In this document: positions 29,401-38,863 of the stretch, piece after piece
How the letters are laid out: each line of letters begins with the position of its first letter
How positions within the stretch are numbered: the stretch's first letter is position 1
Assembly: GCA_003561515.1 (NCBI GenBank)
Contig: PWWL01000183.1
Coordinates: 64 to 64,063 of the forward strand
Source: Balneolaceae bacterium
GTDB lineage: Bacteria > Bacteroidota > Rhodothermia > Balneolales > Balneolaceae
Direction: 5' to 3'
Length of the DNA stretch: 64,000 nucleotides
Position numbers and translations under genes: made by a program
Notes under the pieces: generated by a model
What the model was told of the DNA's origin: nothing
The model's database searches: none
The model's input: only the letters and a program-made list of their open reading frames with translations

Positions 29401-29997
29401 CTACAGCAACCCAAAAATCGTGAGTATGTGATCCACACTGTTGGGTACAAAAAGAATCATATACAAAATTCCCCAAACGGCTCCGGCAATGTGCGCTTCG
29501 TGGTTCACATTGCCAACCCGCCGTTTACCTTCGTAAATGCTGTATCCCAGGAAGGCGATCCCGAAAACCCAGGCCGGGATTGGAATCGGCAGCAGCACAA
29601 TGATGATGGTTTCAGTGGGAAAAACGAAAATGTAGCTAAACAACACTGCCTGTACCGCTCCTGAGGCCCCCACTGTTGCGTAGTTCGGTTCATCCTTATA
29701 TTTAACAAGAGATGGTAGTGAGGATACGAGAAGCGCGCTGAAGTAGAGCATCATAAAGTGGCCTCCACCGAGAGTACGCTCCATAACAATACCGAAAAAG
29801 AAGAGAACGAACATGTTCACGAAGAGATGCGTAAGGCTGGCATGAAGAAACCCTGAAGTAACAACCTCATGCCAGGTTTGCTGCCGCAAGGTTCTGTATG
29901 GCCTGAGCAACCCTTTTTCGAAAATTTTTTGATTTACATAAAGAGCAGCCAGTGAAATTGCGGCCGTCACGGCAATCAGGGTAATGGTTAATGTCAT
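29401..29997 (-). CDS. Rhomboid intramembrane serine protease
   Basis: FLHA...HLFVNM, GASG catalytic Ser, AHIAGA catalytic His. Confidence 0.92.
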   Translation of the reverse strand: MTLTITLIAVTAAISLAALYVNQKIFEKGLLRPYRTLRQQTWHEVVTSGFLHASLTHLFVNMFVLFFFGIVMERTLGGGHFMMLYFSALLVSSLPSLVKYKDEPNYATVGASGAVQAVLFSYIFVFPTETIIIVLLPIPIPAWVFGIAFLGYSIYEGKRRVGNVNHEAHIAGAVWGILYMILFVPNSVDHILTIFGLL

Positions 29998-30167
29998 GTG
30001 CAGCGGAAGTCCGGTTTTGTCTTTTCCTGAAACAGGCTGAATATATGAAAACCATCGGCCTTGAAAAGGTAATACAGCTGAAAAACTTGCACCCGGTACC
30101 CTTTGTCTCTGTTTACCTTAAACCGCGAACTTTGTACATTTAGCCATCATCTGCAAAATTTATCGGT

Positions 30168-30860
30168 ATGAACGAACCCGGAATACAGTATTTCAGACTT
30201 GTGCTGGTCGCAGCTGCTACTCTCCTGCTCTCGGCATGCGGTATAGTTAAGACATCCACTGCGCCCGATACCCGTGACTTTGGACCGATAGACACCTCTG
30301 AAGATGCCGTGATTGAAGCGGGTATAGCCAGCTGGTACGGTTCCAAGTTTCACGGCCGCCTCACTGCAAATGGGGAAACATATAACATGAACGATCTCAC
30401 CGCAGCGCATAAAACTCTGCCCTTCAACACCGTGGTGAAAGTGGAAAACATGGATAACGGTAATTCTGTGATTGTCAGAATCAATGATCGGGGGCCATAT
30501 ATCGGCGATCGTATCATCGACCTTTCGCGCAGGGCAGCACGCGACATAGGCATGTATGAAGCGGGCATTGCCAACGTAAGAGTTTTTCTTGTAGAAGAAG
30601 GCGACCGGCCGCTCACTGCTCAAAACACAAGCAGTCGCGAAACATTTACCGTACAGCTCGCTTCGTATAATTCCCGTCAAGAGGCGGAATCTTTTTCAAA
30701 CAGGATCAACGGTTCAAGGGTTGAGCGTGTTTCAGTTGGAGGGCGCACCGTTTACCGGGTTTATTACGGAACCTACAATAATGCTCAAGATGCTGCTAGA
30801 ACCCAACGTCGGCTTGCAACGCAGGGCATAGATGGTTTTGTAAAACAAGAAGAGAATTGA
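30168..30860 (+). CDS. rlpA: Septal ring lytic transglycosylase RlpA lipoprotein with SPOR domain
   Basis: LSAC lipobox, GIASWYG, TANGE, TAAHKTLPF, RINDRGP, IIDLS; C-terminal VQLAS SPOR domain. Confidence 0.93.
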   Translation: MNEPGIQYFRLVLVAAATLLLSACGIVKTSTAPDTRDFGPIDTSEDAVIEAGIASWYGSKFHGRLTANGETYNMNDLTAAHKTLPFNTVVKVENMDNGNSVIVRINDRGPYIGDRIIDLSRRAARDIGMYEAGIANVRVFLVEEGDRPLTAQNTSSRETFTVQLASYNSRQEAESFSNRINGSRVERVSVGGRTVYRVYYGTYNNAQDAARTQRRLATQGIDGFVKQEEN

Positions 30861-30970
30861 CAAGAAACTGACACTTTCATGCCGGTTCCCGAAATCATGA
30901 AAACTTTTCATTTTTCAGGATTGATTCACCTGCGGTTTTGGTTATCAAGCCACTTATAAATAAATCTACT

Positions 30971-32449
30971 ATGAAAAAGAATATCATCGTTATCGGAACC
31001 GGTTTTGGCGGTCTCTCAACGGCATCCCGGCTGCTTTCGAACGGCCACGATGTCACAATTTTTGAAAAACGCGATAAACCCGGCGGGCGTGCATATGTCT
31101 ACGACATCAACGGATTCAAGTTTGATGGCGGCCCAACCGTGATTACCGCACCGTTCATGTTCGACGACATATTTGCAGCGGCAGGTAAAAAGAGAAGCGA
31201 CTACATTACATTTGTGCCCTGTAATCCCTTCTACAGGATATACGATCACAATGCCAAAGCGTTCGACTACAACGACGATCACAATTTCACACTCGAAGAG
31301 ATTCGCAAAAGAAATCCGAAAGATGCCGAAGGCTACGAAAAGTTCATCGCCACAACCAAGGCGATATTCGACAAGGGGTTCGTTGAACTAGCCGACAAAC
31401 CATTTCTAAAGTTTACCGACATGTTGAAGGTAGCTCCCGACCTGATTAAACTGCAGAGCTACAAAACGGTTTATAAATATGTTTCCCAGTTCATTGAAGA
31501 CGAGTTCCTTCGACGCTGTTTCTCCTTCCATCCCCTCCTCGTGGGCGGCAATCCGTTCGATACCACCTCCATCTACGCCATGATTCACTACCTTGAGCGG
31601 GAATGGGGCGTACACTATGCCATGGGAGGCACCGGCGCCATCGTCGAAGCCATGGTAAAGTTGATTCAGGAGCAGGGCGGAAAAATCCATCTCGAAGCAG
31701 AAATTGATGAAATTCTTGTCGAGAATGGAAAGGCCACGGGTATCCGGCTGAACAACGGTGAAGTGCACAAAGCCGACGCGGTTGTTTCGAACGCCGATGT
31801 TGCGTTCACCTACAAAAACATGATTGATAAAAAACATCGGAGGAAATACACCGACCGAAAGATCAAGCGCACCAAGTACAGCATGTCACTTTTTGTGATC
31901 TATTTCGGAACCAAAAAACGCTACACCGATACCGGCCTGGCTCACCACAATATCATTCTTGGTGAGAGATACAAAGGCCTTTTGAGCGACATTTTCCACA
32001 AAAAGCACCTTGCAGATGACTTTTCTCTTTATTTGCACATGCCTACCATAACCGACCCATCGATGGCTCCGGATGGACATGAAGCATTTTATGTACTTTC
32101 GCCTGTTCCCCACCTCGATGCCGACATCGACTGGAATGAAACGGCTCCGAAATACCGCGATGCCATCATGAACTTCCTGGAAGAAAACTATCTGCCCGGC
32201 CTTCAGGAAAATTTGGTAGCCGAACACTACATAGATCCACTTCACTTTCAGGATACGCTAAACAGCTTCAAGGGCTCGGCATTTTCTGTTGAGCCGATCC
32301 TTACGCAGTCGGCCTGGTTCCGGCCGCACAATCGAAGTGAAGATGTAAAAGACCTCTATTTTGTGGGTGCCGGCACGCATCCCGGTGCAGGCCTGCCCGG
32401 CGTTCTCTCTTCGGCGAAGATTGCAGAAAACCTGATTGGAGAGGCTTAA
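30971..32449 (+). CDS. crtI: Phytoene desaturase
   Basis: GTGFGGL FAD motif, [46 protein letters not shown]. Confidence 0.93.
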   Translation: MKKNIIVIGTGFGGLSTASRLLSNGHDVTIFEKRDKPGGRAYVYDINGFKFDGGPTVITAPFMFDDIFAAAGKKRSDYITFVPCNPFYRIYDHNAKAFDYNDDHNFTLEEIRKRNPKDAEGYEKFIATTKAIFDKGFVELADKPFLKFTDMLKVAPDLIKLQSYKTVYKYVSQFIEDEFLRRCFSFHPLLVGGNPFDTTSIYAMIHYLEREWGVHYAMGGTGAIVEAMVKLIQEQGGKIHLEAEIDEILVENGKATGIRLNNGEVHKADAVVSNADVAFTYKNMIDKKHRRKYTDRKIKRTKYSMSLFVIYFGTKKRYTDTGLAHHNIILGERYKGLLSDIFHKKHLADDFSLYLHMPTITDPSMAPDGHEAFYVLSPVPHLDADIDWNETAPKYRDAIMNFLEENYLPGLQENLVAEHYIDPLHFQDTLNSFKGSAFSVEPILTQSAWFRPHNRSEDVKDLYFVGAGTHPGAGLPGVLSSAKIAENLIGEA

Positions 32450-32565
32450 AGAAGATCCGTAATCCGCCGGATTTAAACCCGTCATCACCCGGCAGTCACT
32501 ACTATTCCCAGGCACCAACCTAAGAAATCCGTAGGATCTTAGAGATCTGACCAAAAATTTCAACG

Positions 32566-32600
32566 CTGACAGAATTCGCCATCCGGCGAAATGCTGTCAG
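32566..32600. terminator. Hairpin between convergent crtI and fsa
   Basis: CTGACAG..TTCGCC-atcc-GGCGAA..CTGTCAG; no clear U-tract. Confidence 0.4.
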
Positions 32601-32611
32601 GTTGAATAAGT

Positions 32612-33271
32612 TCATTTCCTGATGGTTTCCTGGAGCTTGTCCCAGTCGGCCAGAAACTTCTCGAGACCGATGTCGGTGAGCGGGTGCTTAAGCAGTCCAA
32701 GGATTACGCTCAGCGGCATGGTTGCCACATCGGCACCCAGACGGGCCGACTCCACCAGATGCATCGGGTGTCGAATGCTCGCGGCCAGAATTTCGGTTTC
32801 GAGTCCGTAGTTGTCGTATATAAGTCGAATATCTGCAATCAGGCTCATCCCCTCGCTTGAAATATCATCAAGCCGTCCTATGAAAGGTGAAATGTAGGTG
32901 GCACCGGCTTTGGCGGCAATGAGCGCCTGTGATGCGGAAAAGCAGAGGGTACAGTTGGTTTTGATTCCCTCTTCGGTGAGCGTCTTAATCGCTTTAATGC
33001 CCTCTTTAATGAGTGGAACTTTTACAACCACATTATCCGCAATGGCTGCAAGCTTTCGTCCTTCGGCAACAATATCGGCATACTCGGTAGAAATAACCTC
33101 AGCCGATACATCCCCTTCGACGATGTCGCAGATGGTAGCTATATGGCCTTCGAAATCTTCGACGCCGACTTTCGCACACAGGCTTGGATTTGTCGTTACC
33201 CCGTCAAGTACACCAAGTTCATTGGCTTCCTTGATCTCGTTAAGGTCGGCTGTGTCGATAAAAAATTTCAT
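32612..33271 (-). CDS. fsa: Transaldolase / fructose-6-phosphate aldolase (short type)
   Basis: [20 protein letters not shown] Schiff-base Lys, [15 protein letters not shown]. Confidence 0.92.
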   Translation of the reverse strand: MKFFIDTADLNEIKEANELGVLDGVTTNPSLCAKVGVEDFEGHIATICDIVEGDVSAEVISTEYADIVAEGRKLAAIADNVVVKVPLIKEGIKAIKTLTEEGIKTNCTLCFSASQALIAAKAGATYISPFIGRLDDISSEGMSLIADIRLIYDNYGLETEILAASIRHPMHLVESARLGADVATMPLSVILGLLKHPLTDIGLEKFLADWDKLQETIRK

Positions 33272-33410
33272 ATGGAAAGAATGTTTTTTGGGTATTTTCG
33301 TTTTTTAGAATATACTGAATAATTGAAAGCATCTCATCAAATTGATGACATGACCCCGGCATTCAGTCAAAGAGATTAATTTTGAACAAAAACATATCAG
33401 GAAAAGTATT

Positions 33411-33716
33411 ATGAGCAGATCAGGCAAAGATTTTAGTTTGGGTTTACTTACAGGCGCACTTATCGGCTCGGCTGTAGCCCTGCTTTATGCACCCGATTCG
33501 GGAAGCAATACCAGAGGGAAGATAACTTATCGTTTCAGCTCGTACATCGATGAATTGAATCAGTTAATTGATCAACTCAAAAATGAAAAGGAAAAATTCA
33601 CTTCAGATGCCAAAAAACAGGGCGATGATGTGGTTAGCGATGCCAAAAAGCGTGCCGACGACTTGATTAAGGAAGCAGAAGCTCTTTTGCAGAATATCGA
33701 AAAGAAAGGGAACTGA
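33411..33716 (+). CDS. YtxH domain protein
   Basis: GALIGSAVALLYAPDSG..TR followed by a coiled-coil. Confidence 0.85.
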   Translation: MSRSGKDFSLGLLTGALIGSAVALLYAPDSGSNTRGKITYRFSSYIDELNQLIDQLKNEKEKFTSDAKKQGDDVVSDAKKRADDLIKEAEALLQNIEKKGN

Positions 33717-33783
33717 GACTCTTCCAACCGGTACGGATTTCAGAATTTGGCCCGTACTTGTAGTTTAATGCATTCTATACCAT

Positions 33784-33810
33784 GCCCTGACACTAATCAG
33801 GGCTTTTTTT
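33784..33810 (+). terminator. Intrinsic terminator downstream of ytxH
   Basis: GCCCTGA-cactaa-TCAGGGC followed by T7. Confidence 0.75.
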
Positions 33811-33920
33811 ATAATTAATTTATTTGGCGCAACACACTCTCTCCTTTGAACTGAATTCGCTATATTAGCGTTAATAAGATTGTATAAAAAACCCAACAGG
33901 TTAATCAAAAAAGCGCTTTT

Positions 33921-34865
33921 ATGGACACCCAACAGCAGCTTGACGAATTTCAAAAACGCATCGACAACGGCGAAACAATTGAGCCAAAAGATTGGATGCC
34001 CGAACGTTATCGAAAACAGCTTATCCGGATGATGAGCCAGCACGCGCACTCCGAAATCGTAGGCATGCTCCCGGAGGGCAATTGGATTACAAGGGCACCA
34101 TCACTCAAGCGCAAGATGGTTTTGCTCGCAAAAGTACAGGATGAAGCCGGCCATGGACTATACCTCTACAGTGCTACGGAAACACTTGGTGCGGAGCGCA
34201 GAGAACTGGTAGAAGACTACCTGTACGGAAATGCAAAATATTCGAGCATCTTTAACTATCCCACACTTACCTATGCCGATATCTGTGTGATTGGTTGGCT
34301 TGTTGACGGTGCCGCGATTGTGAATCAGACCATGTTGGCCAAATCGTCTTATGGACCCTATGCTCGTGCTAACCTCAGAATATGCAAGGAAGAAAGCTTC
34401 CATAAAAAGCAGGGATACGAAATGTTGGCCAAAATGGCCGACGGTACCCCTGAACAGCAGCGTATGGCTCAGGATGCGGTAAATCGCTGGTGGTGGCCAA
34501 CTCTGATGATGTTTGGTCCTCACGATAGCGACTCACCAAACAGCGCTGAATTGATAAAGTGGGCTGTTAAAACCAAAACCAACGATGAGCTCAGGCAACA
34601 TTTCGTAGACCGAATGGTGATGGAGGCAGAAGCAATCGGAATCTCTTTACCCGATCCAAATCTCAAGTACAACGAAGAAACAGGCCACTGGGACTTCGGT
34701 GACATTCCGTGGGATGAATTCTGGAGTGTGGTTAAAGGAGATGGCCCTATGAACCGTGAACGGATGCGCGCCCGCCGAAAAGCTTACGAAGATGGTGAAT
34801 GGGTGCGAGAAGCTGCCATGGAGTATGCCCGCAAGAAAAAACTGCGTGAAGGTAAAGCGTCTTGA
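33921..34865 (+). CDS. paaA: 1,2-phenylacetyl-CoA epoxidase subunit A
   Basis: [45 protein letters not shown] diiron motifs. Confidence 0.96.
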   Translation: MDTQQQLDEFQKRIDNGETIEPKDWMPERYRKQLIRMMSQHAHSEIVGMLPEGNWITRAPSLKRKMVLLAKVQDEAGHGLYLYSATETLGAERRELVEDYLYGNAKYSSIFNYPTLTYADICVIGWLVDGAAIVNQTMLAKSSYGPYARANLRICKEESFHKKQGYEMLAKMADGTPEQQRMAQDAVNRWWWPTLMMFGPHDSDSPNSAELIKWAVKTKTNDELRQHFVDRMVMEAEAIGISLPDPNLKYNEETGHWDFGDIPWDEFWSVVKGDGPMNRERMRARRKAYEDGEWVREAAMEYARKKKLREGKAS

Positions 34866-34980
34866 TAAATGGTTTTTTATCTGCAATCCTGACAATTCAA
34901 CAATGAAAGTTTAGGATTGCTCCTCCGAAATTGTGTACCTGTACATCTTGATGTGGCAATTGTTTTAAACAGTTTTTTAA

Positions 34981-35283
34981 ATGAACAAGAAAAATCAGAA
35001 AACCGAATGGCCTCTATGGGAGGTTTTTTACCAGCCTAAGGATGGCAAACCGTTTGAACATGCCGGCAGCGTTCATGCGCCGGACGCTGAAATGGCTTTG
35101 CAAAATGCGCGCGACACCTATGCCCGACGAAATGAAGGAATTGCCTTCTGGGTTGTTCCATCAGACCAGATTGTAGCATCCACACCGGAAGATGTGGGGC
35201 CGTTCTTCGATCCGGCAAACGATAAGCCCTACCGCCACCCACAGTTTTACAGCGTGCCACGTGCGGTGAAGAAAAGGAAATAA
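34981..35283 (+). CDS. paaB: 1,2-phenylacetyl-CoA epoxidase subunit B
   Basis: WPLWEVF, HAGSVHA.D.EMALQNARD.Y.RR.EG, DKPYRHP. Confidence 0.95.
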   Translation: MNKKNQKTEWPLWEVFYQPKDGKPFEHAGSVHAPDAEMALQNARDTYARRNEGIAFWVVPSDQIVASTPEDVGPFFDPANDKPYRHPQFYSVPRAVKKRK

Positions 35284-35289
35284 AAAGAT

Positions 35290-35399
35290 TTGAGTAGCAA
35301 GTATTGAGTATCAGGTATTGAGACTTTTCGGTCAAAAAATCTGATGACAAAATTATAGTTTGACATCTCAATACTTGCTACTTGATACTCAATACTTAT
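35290..35399. repeat. Inverted heptamer tandem repeats ([TTGAGTA]-like n ... [TACTCAA]-like n)
   Basis: ttgagta gcaagta ttgagta tcaggta ttgaga ... tctcaa tacttgc tacttga tactcaa tactt. Confidence 0.8.
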
Positions 35400-35403
35400 T
35401 AAT

Positions 35404-36192
35404 ATGAGTACATTAGACACCATCCCAAAAACCAAACAGGAATCCCTGGTCGAAGTTTTGCTCCGGCTGGGCGACGACCGACTAATTCACGGTCACAGGC
35501 TTTCGGAGTGGGCCGGGCACGGGCCTGAACTCGAAGAAGATCTCGCACTTGCAAACGTTGCGCTCGACATGATAGGGCACGCCTCTTCACTCTACTCTTA
35601 CGCTGCTAAACTTGAGGGAAAACAGGATGAAGACCACTATGCGTATTTCCGCGATGATATCGACTTCAAAAATATTGCCATGCTTGAGCTGCCGCGGGTC
35701 GATTTTGCCTTCACAATTGCAAAACAATTTCTTTTCAGTGCGTTCAGTTATTTCCTGTACCGGGATCTGATTGATACAGTTGAGGACGAGCAGTTTAACG
35801 GAATGCTTCAAAAACATTTTAAGGAAATCAAATACCATCTCCGACACAGCCGTGAGTGGGTACTTCGGCTTGGCGACGGTACCGAAGAAAGCAAGAAACG
35901 CATCCAAAGTGCTTTCAACGATTTATGGATGTACACCGGTGAGCTTTTTGATCAGGACGATACGGAAAAAGCCGCTATCAGCCACAATCTTTACGTAGAT
36001 GTAACGTCATTTAAAGAGGAATGGATGAAATTGGTGAAAGAGACACTGGAAGAAGCCACTCTTGATGTGCCGGATAATGACCAGTATATGTTTTCGGGGG
36101 CAAGAGGAGGACGCCATACTGAACACCTCGGACACCTGTTGGCTGAAATGCAATTTTTGAGACGATCCTATCCCGACGCGGAATGGAAGTAA
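35404..36192 (+). CDS. paaC: 1,2-phenylacetyl-CoA epoxidase subunit C
   Basis: LGDD.LI.GHRLSEW.GHGPELEEDLAL.N.ALD, KEIKYHLRHS..W..RLGDGT.ES, GRHTEHLG. Confidence 0.95.
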   Translation: MSTLDTIPKTKQESLVEVLLRLGDDRLIHGHRLSEWAGHGPELEEDLALANVALDMIGHASSLYSYAAKLEGKQDEDHYAYFRDDIDFKNIAMLELPRVDFAFTIAKQFLFSAFSYFLYRDLIDTVEDEQFNGMLQKHFKEIKYHLRHSREWVLRLGDGTEESKKRIQSAFNDLWMYTGELFDQDDTEKAAISHNLYVDVTSFKEEWMKLVKETLEEATLDVPDNDQYMFSGARGGRHTEHLGHLLAEMQFLRRSYPDAEWK

Positions 36193-36199
36193 ATAGATA

Positions 36200-36257
36200 T
36201 GAGTCGTGAGTCGTGAGAATCTCAGGACTCAAGACTCAAGACTCAAGACTCAAGACT
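36200..36257. repeat. Inverted heptamer tandem repeats ([TGAGTCG]2 ... [GACTCAA]4)
   Basis: tgagtcgtgagtcgtgaga-a-tctcag-gactcaa x4-gact. Confidence 0.85.
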
Positions 36258-36260
36258 TAC

Positions 36261-36770
36261 ATGCAGGTAAAACAACCCATACCCAAATCCAAATTATGGT
36301 CGTGGCTCGAAGAGGTCATCGATCCTGAAATTCCTGTACTGAATGTCGTGGAAATGGGAATCGTGCGCGATGTGGTTTTCGAGGGTGATGAGGTTGTGGT
36401 AAAAATTACCCCCACCTATTCCGGCTGCCCGGCCATGAATGCCATTGAACTGGAAATTCACAAAAAACTCCGCGAAAATGGTGTAGGGAAATTTAGGGTC
36501 GTTACCGATTTTAAAGAGAGCTGGACCACCGACTGGATGACAGATCACGCCAAAAAGAAATTGAAGGAGTACGGAATTGCTCCGCCCGATAAAACCGGGA
36601 ATGAGGACGACTTTCTTTTGGGGTTGAAAAGTTCACAAAAAATAGTACCTTGTCCTTACTGCGATTCACTTGATACGGTATTGCAGAGCGAATTCGGCTC
36701 TACGGCCTGCAAATCGCAGTATTACTGCAATGAGTGTCAGCAGCCTTTTGAACATTTTAAATGTATCTGA
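36261..36770 (+). CDS. paaD: 1,2-phenylacetyl-CoA epoxidase subunit D
   Basis: DPEIPV, TPTYSGCPAM, WTTDW, CPYC...FGSTACK..Y.C..C..PFEHFKC; start moved past the heptamer repeats. Confidence 0.93.
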   Translation: MQVKQPIPKSKLWSWLEEVIDPEIPVLNVVEMGIVRDVVFEGDEVVVKITPTYSGCPAMNAIELEIHKKLRENGVGKFRVVTDFKESWTTDWMTDHAKKKLKEYGIAPPDKTGNEDDFLLGLKSSQKIVPCPYCDSLDTVLQSEFGSTACKSQYYCNECQQPFEHFKCI

Positions 36771-36773
36771 GCC

Positions 36774-37169
36774 ATGAGGCTATTAATCATTTTTCTTGCA
36801 CTGTTTTTGTTCATAACAGCCATTTCCGGCTTCGCGCAATTCCGTAATCTGGACATGCATCAGGATCATGAATATGAAGAAACTACGACTCTCCGTCTCA
36901 CTCCTGAGATGTTTTCCGATCAGCTTAAGATACCACAGTTAGCCCCATACAGCTTCGACAATGTCCGGATCCCTGAAACCAAATCTGCGCAGGCTTTTTT
37001 CTTTGTTGGTTCAGAAATCCTTCGAAATAAGTTCGATCTTGGCTTCTTTGCACCTGCTCCCTTCCCTAGGTCGGTCACAGAATACAACAACGCCGTTCGC
37101 CGGCAGATGTTCGACGCCGAGCCCACGAGTCAGCAACGAAACCGGATGCCACTATTCCGCTTCAACTGA
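36774..37169 (+). CDS. Hypothetical secreted protein
   Basis: Signal-peptide-like N-terminus; starts 3 bp after paaD; no recognised motif. Confidence 0.55.
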   Translation: MRLLIIFLALFLFITAISGFAQFRNLDMHQDHEYEETTTLRLTPEMFSDQLKIPQLAPYSFDNVRIPETKSAQAFFFVGSEILRNKFDLGFFAPAPFPRSVTEYNNAVRRQMFDAEPTSQQRNRMPLFRFN

Positions 37170-37297
37170 CCGAGGCCCTTCCACAATTTGATTTTTGGAT
37201 TTCTTCAATCCATTTCTGATCATCTACAGTAGAGTGTACGGCACTGTGCGGAAGCTATTTTCCGTCACTATTGAGAAGAATTAAACGCAGACTAAAA

Positions 37298-38083
37298 ATG
37301 TCCCTCATTCTAAGCGAACAGAAAGATCAAATTCTCACCATTTCATTGAACCGGCCGGAGAAATTTAACAGTTTTACTGAACCAATGGCCCTTGAGTTGC
37401 AGAAAGCTCTCAAAGAAGCAGGCTCGGAACATGTTCGCTGTGTAATTTTGAAAGCCAATGGAAAGGCATTTTGTGCGGGTCAGGACCTGCCTGAGGTGGT
37501 AGAACGTGAAAAAAACGAACCGGAGTATGCACTTTCCGATACAGTCGAAACCACATATAATCCGGTAATCCTGGCAATACGAAACCTTGAAAAACCTGTT
37601 GTTTGTGCCGTTCAGGGCACAGCAGCCGGTGCAGGTGCCAATATCGCCTTCGCATGTGATATCGTGATCGCAGCGAAAGAAGCGCTGTTTGTACAGGCAT
37701 TCAGTAAAATCGGGCTCATTCCCGACAGCGGAGGCACCTGGTTTTTACCCCGTCTCACAGGTATTGCTCGGGCCAACTCCATCTACCTTCTTGATGAAAA
37801 GATTCCGGCCGAAACCGCTGTAGAATATGGACTGATCTACAAAGCGGTAGATACAGCTGCACTCGACAGTGAAGTGCACCAGGTTGCTTCAAAACTCGCG
37901 TCATTGCCAACACGGGGATTTGGCTTATACAAAAAAGCCATTAACCGGACTTTTGAAAATACTCTTGAACAGCAGCTTGCCCTCGAAGCTGAACTCCAGA
38001 GCGAAGCGGGCAAAACTGCAGATTACAAGGAGGGTGTGGCAGCATTTCTGGAAAAAAGAAAACCGCAATACAGGGGTAGTTAG
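37298..38083 (+). CDS. paaG: Enoyl-CoA hydratase/isomerase (PaaG-like)
   Basis: LNRPEKFN, FCAGQDL, GTAAGAGANIA, IGLIPDSGGTWFLPRL; in paa context. Confidence 0.88.
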   Translation: MSLILSEQKDQILTISLNRPEKFNSFTEPMALELQKALKEAGSEHVRCVILKANGKAFCAGQDLPEVVEREKNEPEYALSDTVETTYNPVILAIRNLEKPVVCAVQGTAAGAGANIAFACDIVIAAKEALFVQAFSKIGLIPDSGGTWFLPRLTGIARANSIYLLDEKIPAETAVEYGLIYKAVDTAALDSEVHQVASKLASLPTRGFGLYKKAINRTFENTLEQQLALEAELQSEAGKTADYKEGVAAFLEKRKPQYRGS

Positions 38084-38084
38084 T

Positions 38085-38495
38085 TCAAGGTTCCGACAGA
38101 TGGTTTTCAAGATCAGTACCTGCTACCGCACTGATCAAATTCTTATCATATGTAACCATTGTACAGTTGTAAACCTTTGCAATTGAAAGATACAAGGCAT
38201 CATAAAATGTAATGGGCAGGAAAGAAGAATACTCAAATGCTAGTGAGCTGATAGTTTCTTCAGCCACGTAGTGGATGTAAATGCCACTGAACAGTTTCCT
38301 GATCTCTTTCGATTTCGAAATTTCTAGCCTCCCGCTTCTGTTCCATTTACCCAGCACTGAATCAAATTCAAGTTTAAGAAATGAAGGCGCAATAAAGTGG
38401 TAGTCTTGCTCCAATATCCGGATTGCTTCGTCACTTCTATCTTCATGTAAGAACCATTTTACAGCAACTGAAGCATCAACTACCACACTAATCAT
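38085..38495 (-). CDS. vapC: PIN-domain toxin (VapC/FitB-like)
   Basis: VVDASVAVKW, E42-region acidic residue, TFYDALY...A......VTYD PIN acidic residues. Confidence 0.88.
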   Translation of the reverse strand: MISVVVDASVAVKWFLHEDRSDEAIRILEQDYHFIAPSFLKLEFDSVLGKWNRSGRLEISKSKEIRKLFSGIYIHYVAEETISSLAFEYSSFLPITFYDALYLSIAKVYNCTMVTYDKNLISAVAGTDLENHLSEP

Positions 38496-38740
38496 CGGCT
38501 CTCACGCATCTTTCTGATCTCTTCAGCAGAATCTGAGAATACAATATTCCTTTTTTTAAATGAATCCTGTATTTCTTTAATTCTTTTCACTACCTCGATT
38601 TTTGGAGGTCCTGCATAAACTTCGAGTGCATTCTTTAACTCAGCCTGTAGTGATCTTTTATTCGCTGCAGCCTTTTCCTTTAACCTATCAAGGAGCTCTT
38701 CTTCTATATTTCTGATAAGTACATTTTTCATATTAGTCAT
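38492..38740 (-). CDS. Ribbon-helix-helix antitoxin (FitA-like)
   Basis: VLIRNIEEELLDRLKEKAAANKRSLQAEL; 4-bp overlap with the toxin gene. Confidence 0.85.
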   Translation of the reverse strand: MTNMKNVLIRNIEEELLDRLKEKAAANKRSLQAELKNALEVYAGPPKIEVVKRIKEIQDSFKKRNIVFSDSAEEIRKMRESR

Positions 38741-38746
38741 ACTAAA

Positions 38747-38774
38747 CTATAGCATTGATATCATTATGATATCA
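38747..38774 (-). promoter_or_regulatory. Putative TA operator (TGATATCA x2 plus CTATAGCA)
   Basis: Two palindromic octamers at 38756-38763 and 38767-38774 just upstream of the antitoxin start. Confidence 0.6.
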
Positions 38775-38863
38775 CTTTTCGCATTCATCTATAAAACCTT
38801 GGTTTTGCCTTCTTATTGCTTATTTTTTGACTGCTATTCAGAAAACATTAAACAGATAAGGAA

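Noticed and set aside
33748-33765. Sigma-54-like TGGC...TTG motifs here and near 21679 and 62191
   Set aside because: Spacing is off by one or the -12 GC is missing, and the positions are implausible
36213-36260. N-terminal extension of PaaD (MRISGLKTQDSRLKTY)
   Set aside because: It is a translation of the heptamer repeat; the ATG at 36261 is the likelier start
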